Shown here piece after piece: positions 45,805-53,830 of a stretch of DNA of 64,000 bases. The position numbers and the translations under genes were made by a program. The stretch is taken from assembly GCA_043827405.1 (NCBI GenBank), contig JBDRPD010000003.1, positions 93,914 through 157,913 on the forward strand. Reading direction: 5' to 3'. Each line of letters begins with the position of its first letter. The first letter of the stretch is position 1. The DNA comes from Elusimicrobiota bacterium. Its GTDB lineage: Bacteria > Elusimicrobiota > Elusimicrobia > UBA1565. Under the pieces are notes generated by a model that was not told where the DNA came from, did no database searches, and saw only the letters and a list, made by a program, of their open reading frames with translations.

Positions 45805-46725
45805 CTATTTGAGCTTGAGCTCGCGCTGTTTCTGCGCGGGATCGATCATGCGGATGAGCTGGCGCGCCGAGCGGGACAGGAATCTGCCTTTTTTGGTGAC
45901 GATGCCGTAGCGCCCTCTCAGGTAGGGGTGATCGGTATGGCGGATGATGAGCTTGCGGCGGTCGCGGGGCTCGATGCACATTTCGGGCACCAGGGCGATC
46001 ATCCCGAGCCCGCACTCGACGTAGAGCTTTACCAGATCCCAGCCGCCGACGGTCATTCCCAAGGTGCAGTCGAGGCCCTCGCGGCCGAAGGCGGCGTCAA
46101 GCGCCCGCCAGCCGCGGGTGGTCTTGCCGGGGGCGATGAACGGATAGGGCGCCAGCGCTTCCAGGTTGATCTGTTTGGCGCGGCCGATAGGGTGATTTTT
46201 CGGCGCGATGATGACATGCTCGTAGTCATGCGTGGGGCGGAACTTGAGGTCTTGGGGCAGGTCGTCTTCCACCGAGCGCAGCGCGAAATCGAGCTCGCCG
46301 CTGCGCAGGCCCTTGAGCGTGTCCTCCCACAGCTCGACGCGCAGCGTGATCGCGACGGCGGGGTTGTCCTTTTTGAAGTCGCGAATAAGCTCCGGGAGCA
46401 GGTACTTGGCGGCGGTTTGGCCGGCGCCGAGGGCGACGGGCTCGACGACGGCGCTGCCGGCTTCCTCACGCAGGCGCTTGGGGATCTCCTCCCACTTCTC
46501 GCGCAGCGACAGCAGCTCCCTGCCGAGGAGCTGGCCGTAGGGCGTCAGCTTCTTGCGCCGGCCGGCGGTTTCAAATAGGGGGACATCATCGCCGAGGCTG
46601 TCCTGCAGCTGCCTCATAACGCGGCTCACCGTCGGCTGCGAGGTATTGAGCGCGCGCGCCGTGTCGGTGAAGCTGCCGCCGCATTCCAGGAGCTTTATGA
46701 AGCAGGAGATTTGCTCGAAGGTCAT
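45805..46725 (-). CDS. LysR-family transcriptional regulator
   Basis: GSFTDTARALNTSQPTVSR..QLQD.LG..LFE...LTPYG; substrate-binding domain. Confidence 0.93.
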   Translation of the reverse strand: MTFEQISCFIKLLECGGSFTDTARALNTSQPTVSRVMRQLQDSLGDDVPLFETAGRRKKLTPYGQLLGRELLSLREKWEEIPKRLREEAGSAVVEPVALGAGQTAAKYLLPELIRDFKKDNPAVAITLRVELWEDTLKGLRSGELDFALRSVEDDLPQDLKFRPTHDYEHVIIAPKNHPIGRAKQINLEALAPYPFIAPGKTTRGWRALDAAFGREGLDCTLGMTVGGWDLVKLYVECGLGMIALVPEMCIEPRDRRKLIIRHTDHPYLRGRYGIVTKKGRFLSRSARQLIRMIDPAQKQRELKLK

Positions 46726-46879
46726 AGCGATAGTAAAATCAACGTTTTTTAATTATCCGGAATATGAATTGAATATATAAAAAATTGATATTGGATATGA
46801 ATAGGTAGATCGTGCTATTTTGTCAGCTCGCTTCCCGGCCGCCGGGCCGGAAATCAATTTTCCGACGGGAGTATGCCGC

Positions 46880-48283
46880 ATGAAAGACGATCTGCTGCGT
46901 TTGCCGCCCCAGTCCCTGGAGTCCGAGAAAGCCTTGCTGGGCTCGGTTTTGATAGAGAAGGACGCGCTCGTTAATACGCGCGAGCGCGTGAGCGCCCCGG
47001 ACTTTTACGCGGACGCGCACCGGGCGATATTCCAGGTGATCGAGAAGCTATCGGATGACGACGGCGCGGTCGATATCGTCACCGTCGGCGCCGAGCTCAA
47101 GCGCCGCAAGAAGCTCGGCGAGGTCGGCGGCATGCAGTACCTAAAAGAGCTCGTCAACTCGGTCTCCACCGCCGCCCACGCCGCCGACTACGCGAAGACG
47201 GTGCGGGCCAAGGCGGTCCTGCGCGAGCTCATCCGGGCCGGGACCAAGCTGGTGCGGGAGAGCTACGACGAGAAGGATTCAGAGGAGCTCCTCGAGCGCA
47301 CGCAGGGGGAGCTGCAGGCCATATCCACCCGTCAGGGGCGCGACGACTACTATGCCGCCAGCGAGCTCGCCGACGAGGTCGTCGAGCAGGTGCAGGCCCT
47401 GCGCAAGAACCGGGGCGCCATCCGGGGCGTGGCTACGGGATTCGTCGATTTCGACCGCAAGACCGCCGGCCTGCAGAAGGGGGATCTTATTCTCCTCGCC
47501 GCCCGTCCGAGCGTGGGCAAGACCGCGATGATGCTCAATATCTGCGCCCATGTCGCGCTGCAGACGGGCAAAGCCGTCGCCATCTACAGTCTGGAGATGG
47601 ACCGGCACAGCCTGATGACCCGGCTTATCGCGAGCGAGGCCCTGTGCGACCTGCACGAGATGCGCAACGGCTTCTTTCGCCGCGAGAAATGGTCCGACAT
47701 CACCACCGCCGCCGCCCGGCTGCAGAGGTCCGACCTGTACTTCGTCGACAGCCCCAGCATGCGGGTGGCCGATATCCGCGCCAGCGTGCGGCACCTCGTG
47801 TCGAACCTGCGCAAGGAGAACAAGGAGCTGGCCCTGGTGGTCATCGACTACCTGCAGCTGATCCGCGGCTCCTCCAGGCGCATGGAGAACCGGCAGCAGG
47901 AGGTCTCGGAGATCTCGCGCAGCCTCAAGGCGATCGCGCGGGAGCAGAATCTTCCGCTGGTGGCGCTCTCGCAGCTCTCGCGCAGAACCGAAGAGAAAGG
48001 GCGCACCGACGCCCGGCCGCAGCTCTCCGATCTGCGCGAGTCCGGCGCGCTCGAGCAGGACGCCGACCTCGTCGCCTTCATTTTCCGCGAGGGGCTCTAT
48101 CAGCCGAAGATCAGCCATCTCGAAAACAAGGCCGAGCTCATTATCGGCAAGCAGCGCAACGGCCCCATCGGCACCGTCGAGCTCTCCTACCGCGGCCGCT
48201 TCGCGCGCTTCGACAATAAGGCCGCCGGCGACGAAGAGCCGCCTGAGGAGTCCGCTGAGGAGCCGCCGGAGTCGATGCTGTAA
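46880..48283 (+). CDS. dnaB: Replicative DNA helicase
   Basis: PPQSLESE.ALLG, AARPSVGKT, SLEM, IDYLQL, LSQLSR, SDLRESGALEQDAD, KQRNGP. Confidence 0.96.
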   Translation: MKDDLLRLPPQSLESEKALLGSVLIEKDALVNTRERVSAPDFYADAHRAIFQVIEKLSDDDGAVDIVTVGAELKRRKKLGEVGGMQYLKELVNSVSTAAHAADYAKTVRAKAVLRELIRAGTKLVRESYDEKDSEELLERTQGELQAISTRQGRDDYYAASELADEVVEQVQALRKNRGAIRGVATGFVDFDRKTAGLQKGDLILLAARPSVGKTAMMLNICAHVALQTGKAVAIYSLEMDRHSLMTRLIASEALCDLHEMRNGFFRREKWSDITTAAARLQRSDLYFVDSPSMRVADIRASVRHLVSNLRKENKELALVVIDYLQLIRGSSRRMENRQQEVSEISRSLKAIAREQNLPLVALSQLSRRTEEKGRTDARPQLSDLRESGALEQDADLVAFIFREGLYQPKISHLENKAELIIGKQRNGPIGTVELSYRGRFARFDNKAAGDEEPPEESAEEPPESML

Positions 48284-48336
48284 GGGGGGGCGAACCACCC
48301 CGGACAGCTATTTGCCCGGTTGCGCGGGGGTTTCCG

Positions 48337-48345
48337 TGCTATACT
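48337..48345 (+). promoter_or_regulatory. Extended -10 promoter upstream of the long csp 5' UTR
   Basis: TGcTATACT about 120 nt upstream of the csp ATG. Confidence 0.5.
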
Positions 48346-48464
48346 GAAAGGGCGTAAGTTAAAGTTAAACGATTTCCCTCTTTCTGAAGAAGTTCCTTCC
48401 CTAAGCGTGTGAGTCGAAACTTAAATCCAATGACTTGCACGACGTAAATAAGAGATTAATTATT

Positions 48465-48680
48465 ATGAAGGGAACAGTTCAGTGGTTCAACGATCAGAAG
48501 GGATTCGGCTTCATCACCCCGGAGGACGGTTCTAAGGATCTTTTCGTCCATCATTCGTCCATCATGGCCGACGGCTTCAAGACCCTGGCCGAGAATCAGG
48601 CGGTCGAGTTCGACGTGGAGCAGTCCGATAAGGGCCCCCGCGCCGGAAACGTTAAGACCTTGGCGGAGAGCCAGTCGTAA
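48465..48680 (+). CDS. Cold-shock protein (CspA family)
   Basis: [40 protein letters not shown]. Confidence 0.96.
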   Translation: MKGTVQWFNDQKGFGFITPEDGSKDLFVHHSSIMADGFKTLAENQAVEFDVEQSDKGPRAGNVKTLAESQS

Positions 48681-48702
48681 TCAGCTGAATTCAGACCAAT
48701 AG

Positions 48703-48735
48703 AAGAGCCCGCGCCTAACGGTGCGGGCTCTTTTT
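48703..48735 (+). terminator. Rho-independent terminator
   Basis: AAGAGCCCGCGCC-TAAC-GGTGCGGGCTCTT hairpin ending in a T tract. Confidence 0.88.
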
Positions 48736-49008
48736 ATTGGGGCCCGGCCATGCCCGAAGAGGCGGCCGGGACCGTGGTCTGCATGGCGACCGGGATCATG
48801 AACCGGATCGCGCAGCCGCCGCCTTCCCGCTGCTGCGACACCGGCGCGGCCCGTCATTAGGTGAAACCATTCGCAGTCGAGACGCACTCATATATGTGAA
48901 CGGATGGCTGCTTTTCCCGGTGCTGTCGGTGCTCGCCTGGAGGCCGCGTTTTCTGTTTTTTCGCCGGCTTGAACGAAATATCACGCGCCTGGAGGGATGA
49001 TGGCGGGC

Positions 49009-49917
49009 ATGAGAATCGGCTATCCCTGCATCAACCGGGGAATCGGCTGCACCGCCGGCTCTACCTTCAGGCTCAAGTCCTATTGCGCGGCGCGGCTTAT
49101 GGATACCGTGGCCCGCAACCTCGCCTGTCTGGAAAGCATCCTGCGCTGGAACGCCCAGCAGGGGTTGAATTTCTTTCGCATCAGCTCCGACCTGGTGCCT
49201 TTCGCCTCGCATGCGGTGTGCCGGGCGGATTGGCCGCGGCGTTTCAAGGGCGAGTTCGCCCAACTGGGCCGCTTGATCAAACGCCATGGTATGCGCATCT
49301 CCATGCACCCGGATCAGTTCGTATTGATTAATGCCCTTGATGAGGATATCTTCCGCCGCAGTGTCGCCGAGCTGGAGTATCACGCCGAGGTTTTGGATTT
49401 GCTGGGCCTCGGCCGGAGCGCCAAGTTCCAGATCCATGTGGGCGGGGTCTACGGCGATAAGCCCGCCGCCATGCGCCGGTTCGTCGCGCGCTTTGCCAAG
49501 CTCCCGGCGGCGGTGCGGCGGCGGCTGGTGATTGAAAACGACGACCGGCTGTACTCGCTGGCCGACTGCCTGGAGCTGCACCGCGCCGCCGGGGTGCCGG
49601 TGCTTTTCGACAGCTTCCATCACTCCTTGCTCAATAACGGCGAGCCCGTCGCCGCGGCCATGGACGCCGCGGCCGCCACCTGGGGCAAGCGGGACGGCCC
49701 CCTGATGGTGGATTACTCCTCGCAAAAAAAGGGTCACCGGAGGGGCAGCCACGCCGAGTCCATCGACCTGCGTGATTTCCGCAAGTTCCTGCGGCTGGCG
49801 GGGGGGCGCGGCTGCGATATTATGCTGGAGATCAAGGACAAGGAAGCCAGCGCGCTCAAGGCGCTGGGATTGCTCCGCGGCGCTGCGCCCTTGCTTCAGG
49901 CCCCTCGGGCGGCCTAA
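49009..49917 (+). CDS. uvsE: UV-damage endonuclease
   Basis: MRIGYPCIN, FFRISSDLVPFASH, RISMHPDQF, IHVGG.YGDK, LVIENDD, IMLEIKDKE. Confidence 0.93.
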   Translation: MRIGYPCINRGIGCTAGSTFRLKSYCAARLMDTVARNLACLESILRWNAQQGLNFFRISSDLVPFASHAVCRADWPRRFKGEFAQLGRLIKRHGMRISMHPDQFVLINALDEDIFRRSVAELEYHAEVLDLLGLGRSAKFQIHVGGVYGDKPAAMRRFVARFAKLPAAVRRRLVIENDDRLYSLADCLELHRAAGVPVLFDSFHHSLLNNGEPVAAAMDAAAATWGKRDGPLMVDYSSQKKGHRRGSHAESIDLRDFRKFLRLAGGRGCDIMLEIKDKEASALKALGLLRGAAPLLQAPRAA

Positions 49918-50384
49918 GGTGTTTGGAATTTTTTGCGGATCTCTTCCATGCGCCGCCGGTTGGCGCCGAAATCGGAGTAGCCGATGCGCGACGCCGAGCG
50001 CAAGCGGATGGTCTTGTCGCCGTCGTTGAAGTGGAATTCGGCATCGTCGACAAAGCGCCACAGCAAAGAAACGAACTCGGCGAGAATCACGTCCCCTTCC
50101 GCGGCGAGGATCCGCGAGCGCTTCATCCCTTTGAGCACGCCCAGCAAGCGGGTCCGGGCGGCATCGACGCTTCCGGTGTAGGGGATGGGTTCTATGCGAT
50201 GCTCCGGGTCGGTCGCTTCCGTTGAGACGCAGTTGGGGGAAGAAGGACAGGGAGCGAGCATGGCGCCTCCTTGGGAATGGTCGGGTCTGGTTCCGGAACA
50301 GCCGATTATTAATAGCGAGGCGGCGAGCGCCAAAAAAAGACGGGGCGGGACCGGGGGGGAATATTCGCGGGTATTGGGCATCAC
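49914..50384 (-). CDS. DUF1499-family protein
   Basis: LAPCPSSPNCVST, FVDDAEF, RSASRIGYSDFGANRRR; start uncertain. Confidence 0.88.
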   Translation of the reverse strand: MMPNTREYSPPVPPRLFLALAASLLIIGCSGTRPDHSQGGAMLAPCPSSPNCVSTEATDPEHRIEPIPYTGSVDAARTRLLGVLKGMKRSRILAAEGDVILAEFVSLLWRFVDDAEFHFNDGDKTIRLRSASRIGYSDFGANRRRMEEIRKKFQTP

Positions 50385-50558
50385 TCAACCATATCAAAAT
50401 GGCGCGCTTATGAGTCGCGGGAGAGGTCTGAGGTCCGACGGACCCTCCCAAATTCCTTATAGATGACGCGCCGCGGCACCGGGAACTCCTGAGCGCCTAT
50501 CGCCAGGAGGGAGGGCAAGAAGGCGGCTGAGGCTTTCCCCGCAGGGTATCGACTATTC

Positions 50559-50614
50559 TAAACATGGCATTACTATGGTCAGACTAAAATAAACATGCTA
50601 TTATTATAGTCAGA
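50559..50614 (+). repeat. Imperfect 25-bp direct repeat directly upstream of the AAA ATPase
   Basis: TAAACATGGCATTACTATGGTCAGA (50559-50583) vs TAAACATGCTATTATTATAGTCAGA (50590-50614), 21/25. Confidence 0.75.
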
Positions 50615-51825
50615 TGCTGGAAAGAGCGCTCTACAGTACGGCGTTTTCCGAGTCTTGGGGACGGCAGATGCGGTTTATTACCGGTCCCAGGCAGTCGGGC
50701 AAGACGACCGTGTCAAAGCTCAAGCTTGAGCAATCCAAGCCGCCGGGCGTCTACTACCTATGGGACCTGCGGTCGGTTCGGAAGCGCTACAAGGAAAACG
50801 AGCTCTTCTTCACGCAGGACGCCGCCGGGTCGAAAGGCAAGATTTGGGTGTGCTTTGATGAGCTTCACAAGATGCCCAAATGGAAGAACATCCTAAAGGG
50901 TATTTTCGACCAGACCGAGGAAGGTTATCGATTCATCGTTACCGGATCGGCGAAGCTTGATCTATTTCGAAAGGCCGGCGACAGCCTTTCCGGCAGATAT
51001 TTCACGTTCCATCTCTTTCCTTTGTGCCTCGGTGAGCTGCGGGACGCGAAGCGCTTGGGCAAGGCCGTTCCCGGTACGGCTGCCGGCTTCATCGAACAGG
51101 CCTTGGATCGCTCAGCCGCGGGCAAAGGAATTCTCCCGGACCTGCTGGCCTACGGGGGCTTTCCTGAGCCGTTTCTCCGGCAGTCGGAGAGCTTTCTGCG
51201 AAAATGGGCCGAGGGCTATCTGGACCGGGTCATCAACGAGGATATCGGCGCCCTGACGCGGATCATCGATAGGGAATACATCTTCGATCTCTACAATCTT
51301 CTGCCGGAGATGGTCGGCAGTCCGATTTCGCAGCGTTCGTTGGCATCGCATCTGGAGCTTAGCGCCCCCACGGTCAAGAACCATCTGCGGCGCTTGGGAG
51401 ACTTTTTTCTCGCTTTCCGGGTCAGCCCCTACGGGAAGAACATCAAGCGGGCGATCCTCAAGGCCCCCAAGATCTACGTCTATGATTGGACGAGGATCCG
51501 CGGCGAGGCCGCGCGCTTTGAGAACTTCCTCGCCTGCGAGCTCAACGCGCTGACGCATCTTTGGGCGGACGCTTCCGGCGAGAAATTCTCCCTATTTTAC
51601 GTGCGCGACAAAGAGAAAAGGGAGACCGACTTCCTGGTCTTGAAAAACGACAAGCCCTGGTGTCTGTTCGAGGCGAAGCTCTCCGACGGCCCCGTCGCGG
51701 GACATCATCTCAATAACGCCCGAGCCCTCGGCGGCATCCCGGTGGTCCAAGTCTGCCGGGCGGACGGTGTCGCCATGCGGCAGAAGGAAGACGTCTTCCG
51801 CATCTCCGCGTCCCGGCTGTTCTGA
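50614..51825 (+). CDS. AAA_14 ATPase with DUF4143 / PD-(D/E)xK C-terminal domain
   Basis: GPRQSGKTT, FDELHK, VTGSA, SLSGR, GGFPE, KIYVYD, ETDFL..FEAKL. Confidence 0.9.
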   Translation: MLERALYSTAFSESWGRQMRFITGPRQSGKTTVSKLKLEQSKPPGVYYLWDLRSVRKRYKENELFFTQDAAGSKGKIWVCFDELHKMPKWKNILKGIFDQTEEGYRFIVTGSAKLDLFRKAGDSLSGRYFTFHLFPLCLGELRDAKRLGKAVPGTAAGFIEQALDRSAAGKGILPDLLAYGGFPEPFLRQSESFLRKWAEGYLDRVINEDIGALTRIIDREYIFDLYNLLPEMVGSPISQRSLASHLELSAPTVKNHLRRLGDFFLAFRVSPYGKNIKRAILKAPKIYVYDWTRIRGEAARFENFLACELNALTHLWADASGEKFSLFYVRDKEKRETDFLVLKNDKPWCLFEAKLSDGPVAGHHLNNARALGGIPVVQVCRADGVAMRQKEDVFRISASRLF

Positions 51826-51910
51826 TTCCCACGGACAGTAGTTGCCCGACGAGAAAACGGATTTTGGATAATGGTCCGGATGTGATTCTGGGCGTTAGGG
51901 GTGGCTGCCC

Positions 51911-51954
51911 GCTGGTCCGATACTTGTCCGGTGCTTGTCCGGCACATGTCCGGT
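51911..51954. repeat. Four degenerate copies of the 11-mer RCTTGTCCGGT, intergenic
   Basis: GCTGGTCCGAT ACTTGTCCGGT GCTTGTCCGGC ACATGTCCGGT. Confidence 0.8.
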
Positions 51955-51986
51955 CCCGTGTTCCTAGAGACTGGTCGACCAGTTGT

Positions 51987-52391
51987 TCAATTGTAGAGTG
52001 TACGGCCTCTCCATTCAGGCAGATCAGCAGCGCAGACCTCCTTCCTGTTTCGGACCCAGGCAAACATGATGCCGGTGACACCTTTCCACATGTAGGTACT
52101 CAGGTGTAGGTGCTGTCTTTTCCCCCGAGAATCCCGGTACTTAAGGTCGAAGCTCTGGATGTTCTTAATTGCCAGCACCAGACAGTCTTGAAAGATGTCA
52201 TCACCGAATCGCTTGATCTGCCTGGAGCCGAGGGTCGTTTGGATTCGGAAGAGGATGAATCCGATGACGTGGCGGAGCAGCTTTTCCTGCGCGGCGGTTT
52301 CGCCTCGCTGGGCCCGGGCAATAAGACGGCGTTCTCTTTGGAGAGGCAGCTTCTTGTGCCGTGAGCCGATTTCCTGGTAAGACGAGAGCAA
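51987..52391 (-). CDS. Short sigma70-like protein (regions 1.2-2 only)
   Basis: LPLQRERRLIARAQRGETAAQEKL...DDIFQD....IKNIQSFD....LSTYMWK; no region 4. Confidence 0.6.
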   Translation of the reverse strand: MLSSYQEIGSRHKKLPLQRERRLIARAQRGETAAQEKLLRHVIGFILFRIQTTLGSRQIKRFGDDIFQDCLVLAIKNIQSFDLKYRDSRGKRQHLHLSTYMWKGVTGIMFAWVRNRKEVCAADLPEWRGRTLYN

Positions 52392-52393
52392 AC

Positions 52394-53827
52394 CTAAGGT
52401 TTCTTCAGGAGGGCTAGCCCTGACTTCGTGGAAACATAACGTTGTTTCGGGCTCCGCGGCGAGGCCGGATTGGTCATGGCGAGGAGTCCCTTCTCTAGCA
52501 GGGGGCGCAGATGAGTGGCCGTGAAGGTCTCGCGATGGCGCAAGCCCATGTACGTCATGATCTGGCGGATGGTTTTGGGGCTCCGGCAGTATGCTAGTAG
52601 TTTCTCGCCATTAGCAGCTTGTCCGGTACTTGTCCGGTACTTGTCCGGTACTTGTCCGGTGCTTGTCCGGTGCTTGTCCGGTGCTTGTCCGGTCGACTTT
52701 TTGAAAGTAACCCGAAAGCCCTGCTCTTGCTCAAAGAGGGGCTCTGGATGACCGGCTTTGGCGCACTCATCCAGGATCATCCGGGTCCCGCCCCCCCACT
52801 GCTCGATCATCCCAGCGTAGTAGAAGACCTCGGCTATCTGCTTGTTGCGGGGCACGGAGGGGTGCGCTTTCTTGAGGGCCTGGACGGAGAGACCGGATGG
52901 GAGGCCGCCGTCGTTCCATACCATGAGCTCATGGTCATAGATTCGGACTTCCGTGTCCCGGGTGCTCACATAGTTCCTATGGCAGATGGCGTTGGTGACG
53001 GCTTCACGCAATGCCTTTAGGGGATACTCCCAGATGACTTCGCGCTGCGGCCGGCCGGTGATCACATAGCGAGTGTCCAGCTTTTCACGGAAATAGCCCG
53101 TCGCCCCTTCCACCTGGTCAAAGATGGTCCCGTCGATTCTGCGGTCATCCACGATGAGAGTTTCGTCTCTGAAGCGGCCGATCTTGAGCATGGCCTGGCT
53201 GTAGAAGCTTTGCGGCTCCTTTCCAAAGAGCAGGATCGCGGCCCGCGTGGGATTTCCTCTGTGCGTGAGTTTGAGTTTCTGTAGAAGCTCCTTCGGGGAG
53301 GTCCCCGCTGGAACGGGGCGTCGCTTTTCTCTGTTGGCCATCTTGATGAAGGCCTTGACCCTGGACATGGAGATGTCGGATAGGCGGGCGCGGGGTTCCG
53401 GCAGCGCGTCCCAGGTAACGCCAATACGGGATAAGGCGGCCTCGGCGATCTCTTCCACGCTCATTTGGCGGGTGGTAGATCCCGAGCGCTTATAGGCCCT
53501 CCCCTGATAGAGGACTGGCCTAACCTTGCTCTCCTGTACTTGAATGACGATAATGGCTCGCCCCTTCGTCGAGAGCGCTTTAATCGACGGGTGGAGACCC
53601 GTTCCTTGGGCTATCTGATTGGCGCAGTCCTTGAGGGCAGCCTTCGCGGCCCGGACTCCAGTCAACTTGCCGGAATCATCGACGCCCAGCAGAACGGTTC
53701 CGCCTTCGGTGTTCGCGAAAGCGCAGATCGTCTCGATAGCCGCCCTGCCGAAAGACTGTTTAAACTCGACGGTCTCGGATTCGCCTTTGCGGATCAGGCG
53801 GGAAATGTTGGCCATGTTCATCGCCAT
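52394..53827 (-). CDS. AlbA_2 (Schlafen-like) + HATPase_c_4 + C-terminal wHTH protein
   Basis: GESETVEFKQS, ICAFAN.EGG, ALREAVTNAICHRNY, RNKQIAEVF, IEQWGGG, SPRSPKQRY. Confidence 0.9.
   Translation of the reverse strand: MAMNMANISRLIRKGESETVEFKQSFGRAAIETICAFANTEGGTVLLGVDDSGKLTGVRAAKAALKDCANQIAQGTGLHPSIKALSTKGRAIIVIQVQESKVRPVLYQGRAYKRSGSTTRQMSVEEIAEAALSRIGVTWDALPEPRARLSDISMSRVKAFIKMANREKRRPVPAGTSPKELLQKLKLTHRGNPTRAAILLFGKEPQSFYSQAMLKIGRFRDETLIVDDRRIDGTIFDQVEGATGYFREKLDTRYVITGRPQREVIWEYPLKALREAVTNAICHRNYVSTRDTEVRIYDHELMVWNDGGLPSGLSVQALKKAHPSVPRNKQIAEVFYYAGMIEQWGGGTRMILDECAKAGHPEPLFEQEQGFRVTFKKSTGQAPDKHRTSTGQVPDKYRTSTGQAANGEKLLAYCRSPKTIRQIMTYMGLRHRETFTATHLRPLLEKGLLAMTNPASPRSPKQRYVSTKSGLALLKKP
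52617..52693. repeat. Tandem repeat, 7 x 11 bp (RCTTGTCCGGT), inside the CDS
   Basis: Counted directly from the sequence. Confidence 0.95.
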
Positions 53828-53830
53828 GTC

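Noticed and set aside
50385..51990. tRNA or att site at the left edge of the island
   Set aside because: No cloverleaf or matching direct repeat could be identified by eye
52617..52693. CRISPR array
   Set aside because: Contiguous 11-bp units with no spacers and no cas genes
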